This document shows, one piece after another, positions 8,830 to 17,836 of a stretch of 32,000 nucleotides of DNA. Numbering within the stretch: position 1 is the stretch's first letter; each line of letters opens with the position of its first letter. Location of the stretch: NCBI GenBank assembly GCA_031256725.1, contig JAIRQE010000013.1, positions 60,001 through 92,000 of the forward strand. Direction: 5' to 3'. The position numbers and the translations under genes are program-made. This DNA is from Propionibacteriaceae bacterium. GTDB taxonomy: Bacteria > Actinomycetota > Actinomycetes > Propionibacteriales > Propionibacteriaceae. The notes beneath the pieces are model-generated. The model saw only the letters and a list, made by a program, of their open reading frames with translations, made no database searches and had not been told where the DNA came from.

Positions 8830-10425
8830 ATGAAGCTTGAGTTGCGACAAGTAACAAAGAAGTTCGGTGATTTTCTTGCGAACGATGCCATCGATCTTGT
8901 GGTCGAACCTGGCCAAATCCATGCCCTCTTAGGTGAGAATGGGGCTGGGAAGTCCACCTTGATGAATGTCCTCTATGGACTCTATGGTGCCGATGGGGGA
9001 GAGATTCTCCTTGACGGTACCCCTGTACGTTTCTCTGGGCCTGGGGATGCCATGGCAGCAGGTATTGGTATGGTTCACCAGCATTTCATGCTCGTACCAG
9101 TATTCACAGTGGCTGAAAATGTTGTCCTCGGTCATGAACCCACTGGTCCTTTTGGAATGATCAAGGTCGATGAAGCCAGAAAAATCGTTAAAGAAATTTC
9201 AGACAAATTCGGCTTCGACGTTGATCCTGATGCCTTGGTGGGTGATCTTCCTGTTGGTGTACAGCAAAGGGTCGAGATCATTAAAGCACTCTCCCGCAGT
9301 GCTGAGATCCTGATTCTTGATGAACCAACAGCAGTACTCACTCCCCAGGAAACCGATGAACTCATGGACATCATGAGGCAACTCAAACTTTCTGGTACCT
9401 CTATCGTCTTCATCACCCACAAACTCCGTGAGGTCCAGGAGGTCGCTGACACGATCATAGTCATCCGTCACGGCAAGGTTGTGGGAAATGCATTACCAAC
9501 CGCATCTCAGTCAGAGTTAGCCTCCCTTATGGTGGGTCGAAATGTGGACCTAGGTGTTAAGGATCGCGCAGACATCGATGGCGAGGTAGTCCTTGAAGTG
9601 GTCAATCTTGATCTCGCTGATGAAGAGGGACGAATCCTTCTAGAGAATCTGTGTTTCACAGTGTCTTCAGGCGAGATCCTTGCTATCGCTGGTGTTCAAG
9701 GCAATGGTCAAACAGAATTGGCCGAGGTTCTCATCGGGCTGAGGAAACCCACTGCTGGGTCGATTGTACTCCATCGCCACGACGAGGAGGGGAATCGCAG
9801 ATCGGATGACCTGGCTGGTAAGTCAGTGAAGAAGTTCCTTGCTGCAGGGATCGGTTTCGTACCCGAAGATCGAGGCAAGGATGGGATCGTCCACAGTTTC
9901 TCTATTGCCGAGAACCTCGTCCTGGATCAGATCAGTTCCCCTCCATTCTCGTCAGCAGGGGCACTCAATATCCGAGCGATCGCCTCAAACGCCTCTGACC
10001 GTGTTGAGGAGTTCGATGTCCGTGCTGGTTCATCGAATGCGGCTGTGGGTACCCTTTCGGGTGGCAATCAGCAAAAGGTTGTGGTGGCACGAGAACTATC
10101 GAGAGACCTATCTGTCTTGGTAGCCTCCCAGCCGACACGTGGTGTGGATATCGGCTCAATCGAGTTTATTCACTCCCGAATCATCCAACAAAGAAACAAG
10201 GGTACTGCGGTGGTCATTGTCTCAACAGAACTCAACGAAGTGACCTCATTAGCTGACCGTATCGCTGTGATGTACGACGGCCACTTCGTGGGGATCGTAC
10301 CTCCCGATACTGAACGCCACGTTCTAGGTTTAATGATGGCTGGTGTCGGGTATGAGGATGCCCTCGCTCAAGCTGGACATTCACCTAATCCATCTGAGAA
10401 GGCTCAAGGAGGCGACGATGTCTGA
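8830..10425 (+). CDS. ABC transporter ATP-binding protein with two fused NBDs (sugar/nucleoside type)
   Basis: 531 aa. NBD1 has Walker A GENGAGKST, signature-like LPVGVQQRVEI and Walker B ILILDEPT. NBD2 has GVQGNGQTEL and LSGGNQQK. AAGGAGG RBS upstream. Confidence 0.92.
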   Translation: MKLELRQVTKKFGDFLANDAIDLVVEPGQIHALLGENGAGKSTLMNVLYGLYGADGGEILLDGTPVRFSGPGDAMAAGIGMVHQHFMLVPVFTVAENVVLGHEPTGPFGMIKVDEARKIVKEISDKFGFDVDPDALVGDLPVGVQQRVEIIKALSRSAEILILDEPTAVLTPQETDELMDIMRQLKLSGTSIVFITHKLREVQEVADTIIVIRHGKVVGNALPTASQSELASLMVGRNVDLGVKDRADIDGEVVLEVVNLDLADEEGRILLENLCFTVSSGEILAIAGVQGNGQTELAEVLIGLRKPTAGSIVLHRHDEEGNRRSDDLAGKSVKKFLAAGIGFVPEDRGKDGIVHSFSIAENLVLDQISSPPFSSAGALNIRAIASNASDRVEEFDVRAGSSNAAVGTLSGGNQQKVVVARELSRDLSVLVASQPTRGVDIGSIEFIHSRIIQQRNKGTAVVIVSTELNEVTSLADRIAVMYDGHFVGIVPPDTERHVLGLMMAGVGYEDALAQAGHSPNPSEKAQGGDDV

Positions 10426-11668
10426 TCTCAATGAAGTCCAGCCAGTTCAGCCAGTATCCAGATGGTCAGATGCTTTCAAGAAGATGGCGACCTCTCAGGT
10501 ACTCACCTCCATCCTCGCCATCGTTGTTGCATTGGTTCTCGGGGCAATCCTGATCGCCGCCGCTGATGGGGATGTGCAACGTAGCTGGGGGTATCTTTTC
10601 TCAAGGCCAGGGGATTTCTTCTCCGCTCTTGGTGGCTCTGTGGGAAGTGCCTATTCTGCTCTCTTCCAGGGAGCTGTCTTCAACATCTCTAGTTCATATA
10701 CAGTAGGACAATTCTTTGCTCCATTGACAAAGACGATTGCCTACTCTGTACCTCTCATCTTTGCTGGTCTGGCATTGGGAATGGGATTCAGAGCAGGACT
10801 ATTCAATATTGGTGCACAAGGCCAGATCATTCTTGGTGCAACCCTGTGTGGTTATCTGGGATTCACCCTTAACCTTCCTGCAGGAATACATCTGGTTATC
10901 TGTCTTCTGGGAGCCTTTATTGGGGGCGCATTATGGGGATTCATTCCTGGGATACTCAAGGCGAAAACAGGTGCGAATGAGGTGATTGTCACCATCATGT
11001 TGAACTCCATTGCCATCTTCTTGTTGGGGTGGCTGTTGACTCTTCAGGCATTCCGTTCACCTGGTTCCAATATGCCTGTGAGCCCGAGAATGGCCCCGAC
11101 AGCGCAGTTTCCGCATTTCTTTGGTACAACTATCGATCTCGGCTTCGTTCTAGCGATTCTGGCAGCAATTTTGGTCTGGTGGATCATGGAACGTTCAACT
11201 CTGGGGTTCCGTATCCGTGCTGTGGGTGAGAATCCTGATGCGGCTCGTACTGCTGGAATGAATGTCTCCATGTCCTATGTGTGGGTCATGATCATTGCTG
11301 GTGGTCTGGCTGGTTTGGCGGCGACCTCACAGTTGCTGTCTTCACCAGCTCAACAACTCAACATCGACATCGCTTCGACCTTCGGTTTTGATGCGATCAC
11401 TGTCGCCTTGCTTGGGCGATCCAAGCCTTTGGGTACAGTCCTAGCAGGTCTTCTCTTTGGTGGGCTTCGTGCGGGTGGTTATCTCATGCAGTCATCGACA
11501 GGTACCCCGATCGACATCATCTTGGTACTCCAGTCTGTGATTGTGCTTCTCATTGCAGCTCCACCACTGGTTCGAGCCATCTTCCGATTGCCTGATCCTG
11601 AGCGTGAGCGAAAGGCCGAAGCCCGTGCCCATGCACGTGCTGCGAAGAAGGAGGTGGCAGCATCATGA
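10418..11668 (+). CDS. ABC transporter permease (RbsC/BPD_transp_2-like)
   Basis: Polytopic hydrophobic protein. ATG 10418 (MSDLNEVQ) overlaps the ATPase stop by 8 nt (ATGTCTGA). The ORF-track start at 10343 would lie inside the ATPase gene. Confidence 0.88.
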   Translation: MSDLNEVQPVQPVSRWSDAFKKMATSQVLTSILAIVVALVLGAILIAAADGDVQRSWGYLFSRPGDFFSALGGSVGSAYSALFQGAVFNISSSYTVGQFFAPLTKTIAYSVPLIFAGLALGMGFRAGLFNIGAQGQIILGATLCGYLGFTLNLPAGIHLVICLLGAFIGGALWGFIPGILKAKTGANEVIVTIMLNSIAIFLLGWLLTLQAFRSPGSNMPVSPRMAPTAQFPHFFGTTIDLGFVLAILAAILVWWIMERSTLGFRIRAVGENPDAARTAGMNVSMSYVWVMIIAGGLAGLAATSQLLSSPAQQLNIDIASTFGFDAITVALLGRSKPLGTVLAGLLFGGLRAGGYLMQSSTGTPIDIILVLQSVIVLLIAAPPLVRAIFRLPDPERERKAEARAHARAAKKEVAAS

Positions 11669-12975
11669 GTCTGATGAACACTCAACCTGACCTTGACCAT
11701 GAACTCGAACACGAGGTTCTGCGTCCACGATCATGGAAGATGCCTGTAGCGCTGACGATCTTCACCCTGGTTGCTCTGGCTGGTTTCTGTCTCACTGTTG
11801 ATTCTGGTGTAGAGAGCAAGGTCGCCATCGTGACCGGGAATTCTTTGATTGGTACGATCAACCTTGTTCTTCCTAGTTTCTCGGCACTTCTTGTTTTTAC
11901 TGTAGCCATGGCTGCTTTGGCGGGGATTTCCTGGTGGGCCACTGCGACCCGTACCGTCAAAATAGGCGGAGTACGCATCGGGTCCTGGGTTGGGATACTT
12001 TTCGGCACCTTCTTTGTCTCTGCTTTCTTGTTGTGGGCAGTGGCTGGCAGGGGAGTAGCCCTACAGTTCACGTCCTTGCTTTCGGGGGCCTTATTCCTGT
12101 CGATCCCGCTGATCTTTGGTGCGATGGCTGGTACAGTCTGCGAGCGCGTCGGCGTCATCAATGTCTCCATTGAGGGTCAACTGCTTGCAGGTGCCTTCCT
12201 GGCTGCAGTGTTGGGGGCTATTACACAGAATCCGTGGATTGGCTTGCTGGCTGCACCCATAGCAGGGGCTCTGATTGGCCTGCTCCTTGCTTTGTTCGCG
12301 GTACGCTACTGGGTCGATCACATCATCGTTGGCGTTGTGTTGAACGTACTTGTGGGAGGTCTCACCAGCTACCTGTTCTCTACTGTACTGACCCGCAATC
12401 CTGATGTTTTCGCAATGTCTGTGAAACTACCGATCTGGAAGATTCCGATTCTTTCGGAGATTCCCGTGCTTGGACCAGTACTCTTTGCTCAAAGTGTGTT
12501 GGTGTACATCATGTACCTTGCGGTAATCATTCTTCAGATCATGTTGTTTAAGTCCAAGTGGGGACTTCGATTGCGTTCCTGTGGTGAACATCCTCGCGCT
12601 GCTGATACCGTGGGCATCAAAGTCAATCGTACTCGGGTGGTGAACACGATTCTTGGTGGTGCTATTGCTGGCCTGGGTGGCGCCTATTTTACTTTGGCTA
12701 ATGGTCTGGCTTTCGGTAAGCATATGAGTGGTGGTCGAGGCTATATCGCCTTGGCTGCCATGATCCTCGGTGGTTGGAAGCCAAAGGGTGCTTTGGTTGC
12801 TGCCCTTCTCTTCGGTTTTGCTGACAATTTACAGAACTCTCTCGGTGTTGTGGGTGTCGAGGTACCATCACAGTTCATGTTGATGGCACCCTACCTTGTG
12901 ACGATCTTCGCGGTAGCTGGGCTCGTTGGACGGGTACACCCGCCCGCCATGGAAGGTAAGCCGTACAAGGGATAA
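11665..12975 (+). CDS. ABC transporter permease (second membrane subunit)
   Basis: 436 aa, polytopic. ATGA start/stop overlap with the preceding permease. Same operon. Confidence 0.88.
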   Translation: MSLMNTQPDLDHELEHEVLRPRSWKMPVALTIFTLVALAGFCLTVDSGVESKVAIVTGNSLIGTINLVLPSFSALLVFTVAMAALAGISWWATATRTVKIGGVRIGSWVGILFGTFFVSAFLLWAVAGRGVALQFTSLLSGALFLSIPLIFGAMAGTVCERVGVINVSIEGQLLAGAFLAAVLGAITQNPWIGLLAAPIAGALIGLLLALFAVRYWVDHIIVGVVLNVLVGGLTSYLFSTVLTRNPDVFAMSVKLPIWKIPILSEIPVLGPVLFAQSVLVYIMYLAVIILQIMLFKSKWGLRLRSCGEHPRAADTVGIKVNRTRVVNTILGGAIAGLGGAYFTLANGLAFGKHMSGGRGYIALAAMILGGWKPKGALVAALLFGFADNLQNSLGVVGVEVPSQFMLMAPYLVTIFAVAGLVGRVHPPAMEGKPYKG

Positions 12976-12977
12976 CA

Positions 12978-13379
12978 ATGGACTGGACTGACTTGGTACA
13001 AGCCGCAGCGGAAGCGGCGAAACATGCCTATGTTCCTTATTCACACTATCCGGTTGGGGCGGCAGCTCTAGTCGATGATGGGCGAATGGTGACTGGATGC
13101 AATGTGGAGAATGCCTCCATTGGTTTGACCCTCTGTGCTGAGTGTGGGCTTGTGAGCACACTTATGGCAACCGGTGGTGGCAAACTCACCCACTTCACAT
13201 GTGTCAATGGAAAGGGCGAGATCATCACTGCATGTGGGAGATGTCGTCAACTCCTCATGGAACATGGCGGCCCAACACTTGCAATCTGGTCACCTGAGGG
13301 AGAATGTATCTTGGAGGATCTTCTACCACAGTACTTTGGTCCCAATGACCTTGATGAGTACACGTCCCAAGGAGGATAA
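12978..13379 (+). CDS. cdd: cytidine deaminase
   Basis: 133 aa. Zinc and catalytic motifs CAECGLVS and ACGRCRQLL. Starts 2 nt after the permease stop. Confidence 0.92.
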   Translation: MDWTDLVQAAAEAAKHAYVPYSHYPVGAAALVDDGRMVTGCNVENASIGLTLCAECGLVSTLMATGGGKLTHFTCVNGKGEIITACGRCRQLLMEHGGPTLAIWSPEGECILEDLLPQYFGPNDLDEYTSQGG

Positions 13380-13381
13380 CC

Positions 13382-14752
13382 ATGGCTGAACCCTGTGACG
13401 CAGTCGATGTCATCATGACGAAGAGGGATGGTAAGACCCTTAGCATTCCCCAGATCAAATGGATGATTGATGCCTATACGCGAGGAGTTGTTGCTGAGGA
13501 ACAGATGTCTGCCTTGCTCATGGCGATCTTTTTGCAGGGCTTCACCCGTGAAGAGTTGAACTGTTGGACTGATGCCATGATCGCTTCGGGGGAGCGTTTG
13601 GATTTCACCGAGTTGGCCAGACCCACAGTCGATAAGCACTCCACTGGGGGTGTCGGTGACAAGATCACCCTTCCTCTATCGGCTGTCGTTGCGAGTTTTG
13701 GGGTGGCAGTACCCCAATTGTCTGGCCGTGGGCTCGGTCACACTGGTGGTACCCTCGACAAACTGGAGTCCATCCCAGGATGGAGGGCTGCACTCAGCCT
13801 CGACGAGATGAAGAAGCAGTTGAGTGAGATTGGGGCTGTGGTCTGTCAGGCGGGTTCCGGTTTGGCTCCTGCTGATAGGAAGTTGTACGCGCTACGCGAT
13901 GTCACGGGTACTGTAGCCTCCATCCCACTGATTGCCTCATCGATTATGAGTAAGAAGATTGCTGAGGGCACCTCTGCACTCATGCTTGATGTGAAATGCG
14001 GATCGGGTGCCTTCATGACTGAGATTGGTCCTGCCCAAGAACTCGCGTCAACAATGGTGGAAATCGGAGAGGATCATGGCGTACACACTGTGGCTCTCAT
14101 CACGGATATGTCCACCCCACTTGGGAAAACAGTGGGGAATGCCCTGGAAGTACGCGAATCTGTGGAGGTACTTGCTGGTGGCGGTCCTGATGATGTTATT
14201 GAGCTCACCCTCAGGCTAGCCAGGGAAATGCTTGATGCTGCTTCAACGATTGTTGAGAAGAAGGGGATCCCGGGTGCGGGTGTGAGCCCAGGCAGTAAAG
14301 AGGCCCTTCGCAGAGCTGAGGCCCTTCGTGAAGCAGATCTTGCAGAATCACTCAAGAATGGCCGTGCCATGGATTCTTGGAGGGCGATCATCACCGCCCA
14401 AGGTGGTGACCCTGATGCTGAACTCGGTACAGCACAGGATCACGAAGAAATCTTGTGCCCCACAGATGGATTCATGACGAGACTGGATGCACTCAAGGTT
14501 GGTGTCGCTGGATGGAGGCTGGGAGCAGGGCGCGCCCGCAAGGAGGATGCCGTTCAGATTGGTGCAGGAATCCAACTCCATGCGAAACCTGGTGACTCTG
14601 TTCGACGTGGCCAGTCCCTCATGACCCTTCACTCCGATACCCCCGAGGCCTTCCAGAGGGCTAAGGAGGTTCTTGAGGGCGCCTGGACCATCGACGATAA
14701 CCCTCCCGAACCCAGTTCCGTCGTTATTGACCGAGTAGCTTCTGCACCCTAA
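13382..14752 (+). CDS. deoA: thymidine (pyrimidine-nucleoside) phosphorylase
   Basis: 456 aa. Carries [34 protein letters not shown] and [11 protein letters not shown], which are typical family motifs. Confidence 0.92.
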   Translation: MAEPCDAVDVIMTKRDGKTLSIPQIKWMIDAYTRGVVAEEQMSALLMAIFLQGFTREELNCWTDAMIASGERLDFTELARPTVDKHSTGGVGDKITLPLSAVVASFGVAVPQLSGRGLGHTGGTLDKLESIPGWRAALSLDEMKKQLSEIGAVVCQAGSGLAPADRKLYALRDVTGTVASIPLIASSIMSKKIAEGTSALMLDVKCGSGAFMTEIGPAQELASTMVEIGEDHGVHTVALITDMSTPLGKTVGNALEVRESVEVLAGGGPDDVIELTLRLAREMLDAASTIVEKKGIPGAGVSPGSKEALRRAEALREADLAESLKNGRAMDSWRAIITAQGGDPDAELGTAQDHEEILCPTDGFMTRLDALKVGVAGWRLGAGRARKEDAVQIGAGIQLHAKPGDSVRRGQSLMTLHSDTPEAFQRAKEVLEGAWTIDDNPPEPSSVVIDRVASAP

Positions 14753-14783
14753 TTCTTATCCGACAAGCCCGTACATAGAAAGA

Positions 14784-15434
14784 ATGATTATGAATCGTCA
14801 AGAACTGGCTCAAATGATTGACCACACCATCCTCAAACCTGAGGCGACTGCAACCGATGTTGAGGCTCTCGTTGCCCAAGGAGTCGCCTTGGGGGTCTAC
14901 TCAGTATGCATCAGCCCCTCCATGTTGCCTATCGATGTCCAAGGGCTCAAGGTGGCCACAGTATGCGGGTTCCCTTCGGGTGCCCATCATGGATCAATCA
15001 AGGCCGCAGAGGCTACCCAATCCATTACTGATGGGGCCGATGAAATCGACATGGTCATCAACCTGGGTTTTGCTAAAACAGGGCAATGGGATCGTGTACA
15101 GGCCGAGATCGAAGCAGTACGACAGGCCACTTCTTCTGGGGTTTTGAAGGTCATCATCGAATCTGCGGTACTCACCGATGAGGAGATCATCAGCGCCTGT
15201 CAGGCAGCGAAATATGCTGGTGCAGACTTTGTGAAAACCTCAACAGGAATGCATCCAGCAGGAGGAGCAAGCGTCCATGCTGTACAACTCATGAAAGACA
15301 GTGTTGGCGATTCCTGTGAGGTGAAAGCCAGCGGAGGAATCCGTACCCTCGCAGAGGCCATGGCCATGATCGAGGCAGGGGCAACTCGGCTGGGAGTCTC
15401 TGCTAGTGCAGCCATCCTCGCTGAGATGAACTGA
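14784..15434 (+). CDS. deoC: deoxyribose-phosphate aldolase
   Basis: 216 aa. [11 protein letters not shown], and ADFVKTSTG containing the Schiff-base lysine context. ATG 14790 is an alternative start. Confidence 0.92.
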   Translation: MIMNRQELAQMIDHTILKPEATATDVEALVAQGVALGVYSVCISPSMLPIDVQGLKVATVCGFPSGAHHGSIKAAEATQSITDGADEIDMVINLGFAKTGQWDRVQAEIEAVRQATSSGVLKVIIESAVLTDEEIISACQAAKYAGADFVKTSTGMHPAGGASVHAVQLMKDSVGDSCEVKASGGIRTLAEAMAMIEAGATRLGVSASAAILAEMN

Positions 15435-15436
15435 CA

Positions 15437-17113
15437 ATGTCTACATCTAGTTTGCACCAGAAGGTGACACGTTGGATTGACTCTGATGTGGACCCATCAG
15501 CCCAGGAAGAGTTACGTGCCTTATCCCGGGCCGCGCAGAGTGATCCGCAGGCTTTAGCCGAGCTTCAGGATCGCTTCTCGGCTCGTCTCCAGTTTGGTAC
15601 CGCTGGTTTACGTGGTGGTATGGCTGCTGGGCCTAATCGGATGAATAGAGCGGTGGTGATCCAGGCTGCCAAGGGGTTGGTGGATTATCTCTCATCCCAC
15701 GTTAACTCGCCCACCGTCGTGATCGGTAATGATGCTCGCCACAATTCCCGCCAATTCGCCCAGGACAGTGCTGAAGTCATCACTGCCGCTGGTGGGGTGG
15801 CTCTCCTCCTACCTGATCCCGTGCCAACACCTGTCCTCTCCTTTGCCGTGAGGTACCTCAATGCGGATGCTGGTGTTATGGTCACTGCCTCTCATAATCC
15901 CGCCCAGGACAATGGATACAAGGTCTATCTTGGTGGACGAATGGTGGAGGATCATGAGGCTGGAGTCCAAATTGTAGCCCCCCATGATTCAGCGATTGCT
16001 GCCTGCATAGCCGAAGTCCCACCTGCCAACCAGATCGAGCGTGCTCAAGGTTTCCAGCACGCTCCCTCTCAGATCGTGTCCATCTACGTTGACGCCATTT
16101 CGTCGAAGATTGATTCACCGCAAGGGCTCAAAATCGTTCACACTGCTATGCACGGAGTGGGAAGCGCGCCCGCGCTGGCGGCTCTGAAGCAGTCAGGGTT
16201 CACCGATGTCATCTGTGTTGATGCCCAAAAGAATCCCGATCCTGATTTCCCGACAGTGAGTTTCCCCAACCCGGAGGAGCATGGTGCCATTGATATGGCG
16301 GTGGCCCTCGCCCAGGAGGTTGCTGCGGATCTCGTGATCGCCAATGACCCGGATGCTGATCGATGTGCAGTTGCCATTCCTGATCCTCGTAGGGGTTGGC
16401 GGATGCTTCATGGTGACGAGCTGGGTGCTGTACTCGCTGAGGAACTCGCTCGTGGTGGTCGGACTGGTATCTTCGCCAACTCGGTTGTCTCCTCGCGACA
16501 ACTTCAGGCTATTGCGACCCATTATGGACTTGGGTACGAAACAACCCTCACAGGTTTCAAGTGGATGGGCCGGGTCAAGAACCTTGGGTTCGCTTATGAG
16601 GAAGCCATTGGTTATTGTGTGCGCCCTGACCTTGTTCGAGACAAGGATGGTCTGTCTACTGCTGTTGCTGTAGCGCGCATGGTTTCACGGTTGAAGGGGG
16701 AGGGGAGTACCATCGCTGGACTATTGGACGATCTGGCTCGCCGAAATGGTCTCTACCTCAGTTCCCAGCTTTCTGTACGATTTGAGGATCTCAGCCAGAT
16801 CCCTCAAGTCATGGCGAAACTGAGGAATACACCCATTGGTACCTTGGCTCAAAGCCCTGTCACCGAAGTCGTGGATCTAAGTGAAGGGTGGGGGAGCCTT
16901 CCACCGACAGAGGGCATCCTTATGCACACTGAGCGCAAAGACCAGGTGGTGGTACGCCCTTCCGGGACTGAACCGAAACTCAAATGCTACCTTGAGGTCA
17001 TTGAGTCGGTATCCGCAGATGCATCCTTCGAAGATCTCAGCCAATCACGCATCAATGCCGAGAAAAGCTTGGATCAGATCAAAACAGAACTGAATTCTAT
17101 TCTCTTCGATTAA
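15437..17113 (+). CDS. phospho-sugar mutase of the alpha-D-phosphohexomutase family (PGM2/PgcA-like; probable phosphopentomutase role)
   Basis: 558 aa. Catalytic-serine loop VTASHNPAQDNGYKVY and metal loop ANDPDADRCAV. It is the last gene of the nucleoside operon. Confidence 0.88.
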   Translation: MSTSSLHQKVTRWIDSDVDPSAQEELRALSRAAQSDPQALAELQDRFSARLQFGTAGLRGGMAAGPNRMNRAVVIQAAKGLVDYLSSHVNSPTVVIGNDARHNSRQFAQDSAEVITAAGGVALLLPDPVPTPVLSFAVRYLNADAGVMVTASHNPAQDNGYKVYLGGRMVEDHEAGVQIVAPHDSAIAACIAEVPPANQIERAQGFQHAPSQIVSIYVDAISSKIDSPQGLKIVHTAMHGVGSAPALAALKQSGFTDVICVDAQKNPDPDFPTVSFPNPEEHGAIDMAVALAQEVAADLVIANDPDADRCAVAIPDPRRGWRMLHGDELGAVLAEELARGGRTGIFANSVVSSRQLQAIATHYGLGYETTLTGFKWMGRVKNLGFAYEEAIGYCVRPDLVRDKDGLSTAVAVARMVSRLKGEGSTIAGLLDDLARRNGLYLSSQLSVRFEDLSQIPQVMAKLRNTPIGTLAQSPVTEVVDLSEGWGSLPPTEGILMHTERKDQVVVRPSGTEPKLKCYLEVIESVSADASFEDLSQSRINAEKSLDQIKTELNSILFD

Positions 17114-17835
17114 GCGAATGCTGCGGCGATAGCCAGGGTCAAAGCTCCTTGGAATCGTGACTCCCTCTCTTCAGAGGTCATGTCCGTACCCTTCTTTGTG
17201 AGGTGATCGGAGACAGTGAGAACAGTCAAGGCGCCCTTCCCATGTTCGGCAGCGACCCCATACAGGCTTGCGGCTTCCATTTCAACACCGAGAACACCAT
17301 GGGCCACCATGGCATCAAGTTGACCTGGGATAGAGAAATAGAAGTGGTCAGCAGAAATGATTGGCCCAGTGAAAACATTCATCGTACCTTCAGCGGCCTT
17401 GAGGGCTGCAGCAGCCATACGCAGGTCAGCAATAGCTGAGAAATGTGTACCCGGGATACGGAGTTCATTCATAGATGAGGTGGTATGTGCCCCGACACCG
17501 ATGATGACATCGCCGACGGAAACATCGGGGGAGATACCACCAGCTGTACCAACGCGAATAATCCTTTCCACATCAAAGAAGCGGAAGAGCTCTGTGGCAT
17601 AGATGGCGATGGAGGGCATCCCCATCCCGGAGCCCATGATAGATAGGGGCTTGCCATAGTGCTCACCCGAACCTGAATAGGTGCCTGTAAACCCCATCAT
17701 CCCACGTACATCGGTCACGAGACGTGCAGAGTCAAGGATCATCCCTGCCATACGTTCAGCACGTTTAGGATCCCCTGGCATCAGTACTGCTGGTGCGAAG
17801 TCATTGGTTTCGGCATTGATATGTGGGGTCGTCAT
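17110..17835 (-). CDS. deoD: purine-nucleoside phosphorylase, DeoD type
   Basis: 241 aa from ATG 17835, with an AAGGAG RBS. MTTPHINAE..VLMPGDPKRAE..GFTGTY..RVGTAGG..GVEMEAASLYGVAAEHG closely parallels E. coli DeoD as I remember it. Confidence 0.92.
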   Translation of the reverse strand: MTTPHINAETNDFAPAVLMPGDPKRAERMAGMILDSARLVTDVRGMMGFTGTYSGSGEHYGKPLSIMGSGMGMPSIAIYATELFRFFDVERIIRVGTAGGISPDVSVGDVIIGVGAHTTSSMNELRIPGTHFSAIADLRMAAAALKAAEGTMNVFTGPIISADHFYFSIPGQLDAMVAHGVLGVEMEAASLYGVAAEHGKGALTVLTVSDHLTKKGTDMTSEERESRFQGALTLAIAAAFA

Positions 17836-17836
17836 G

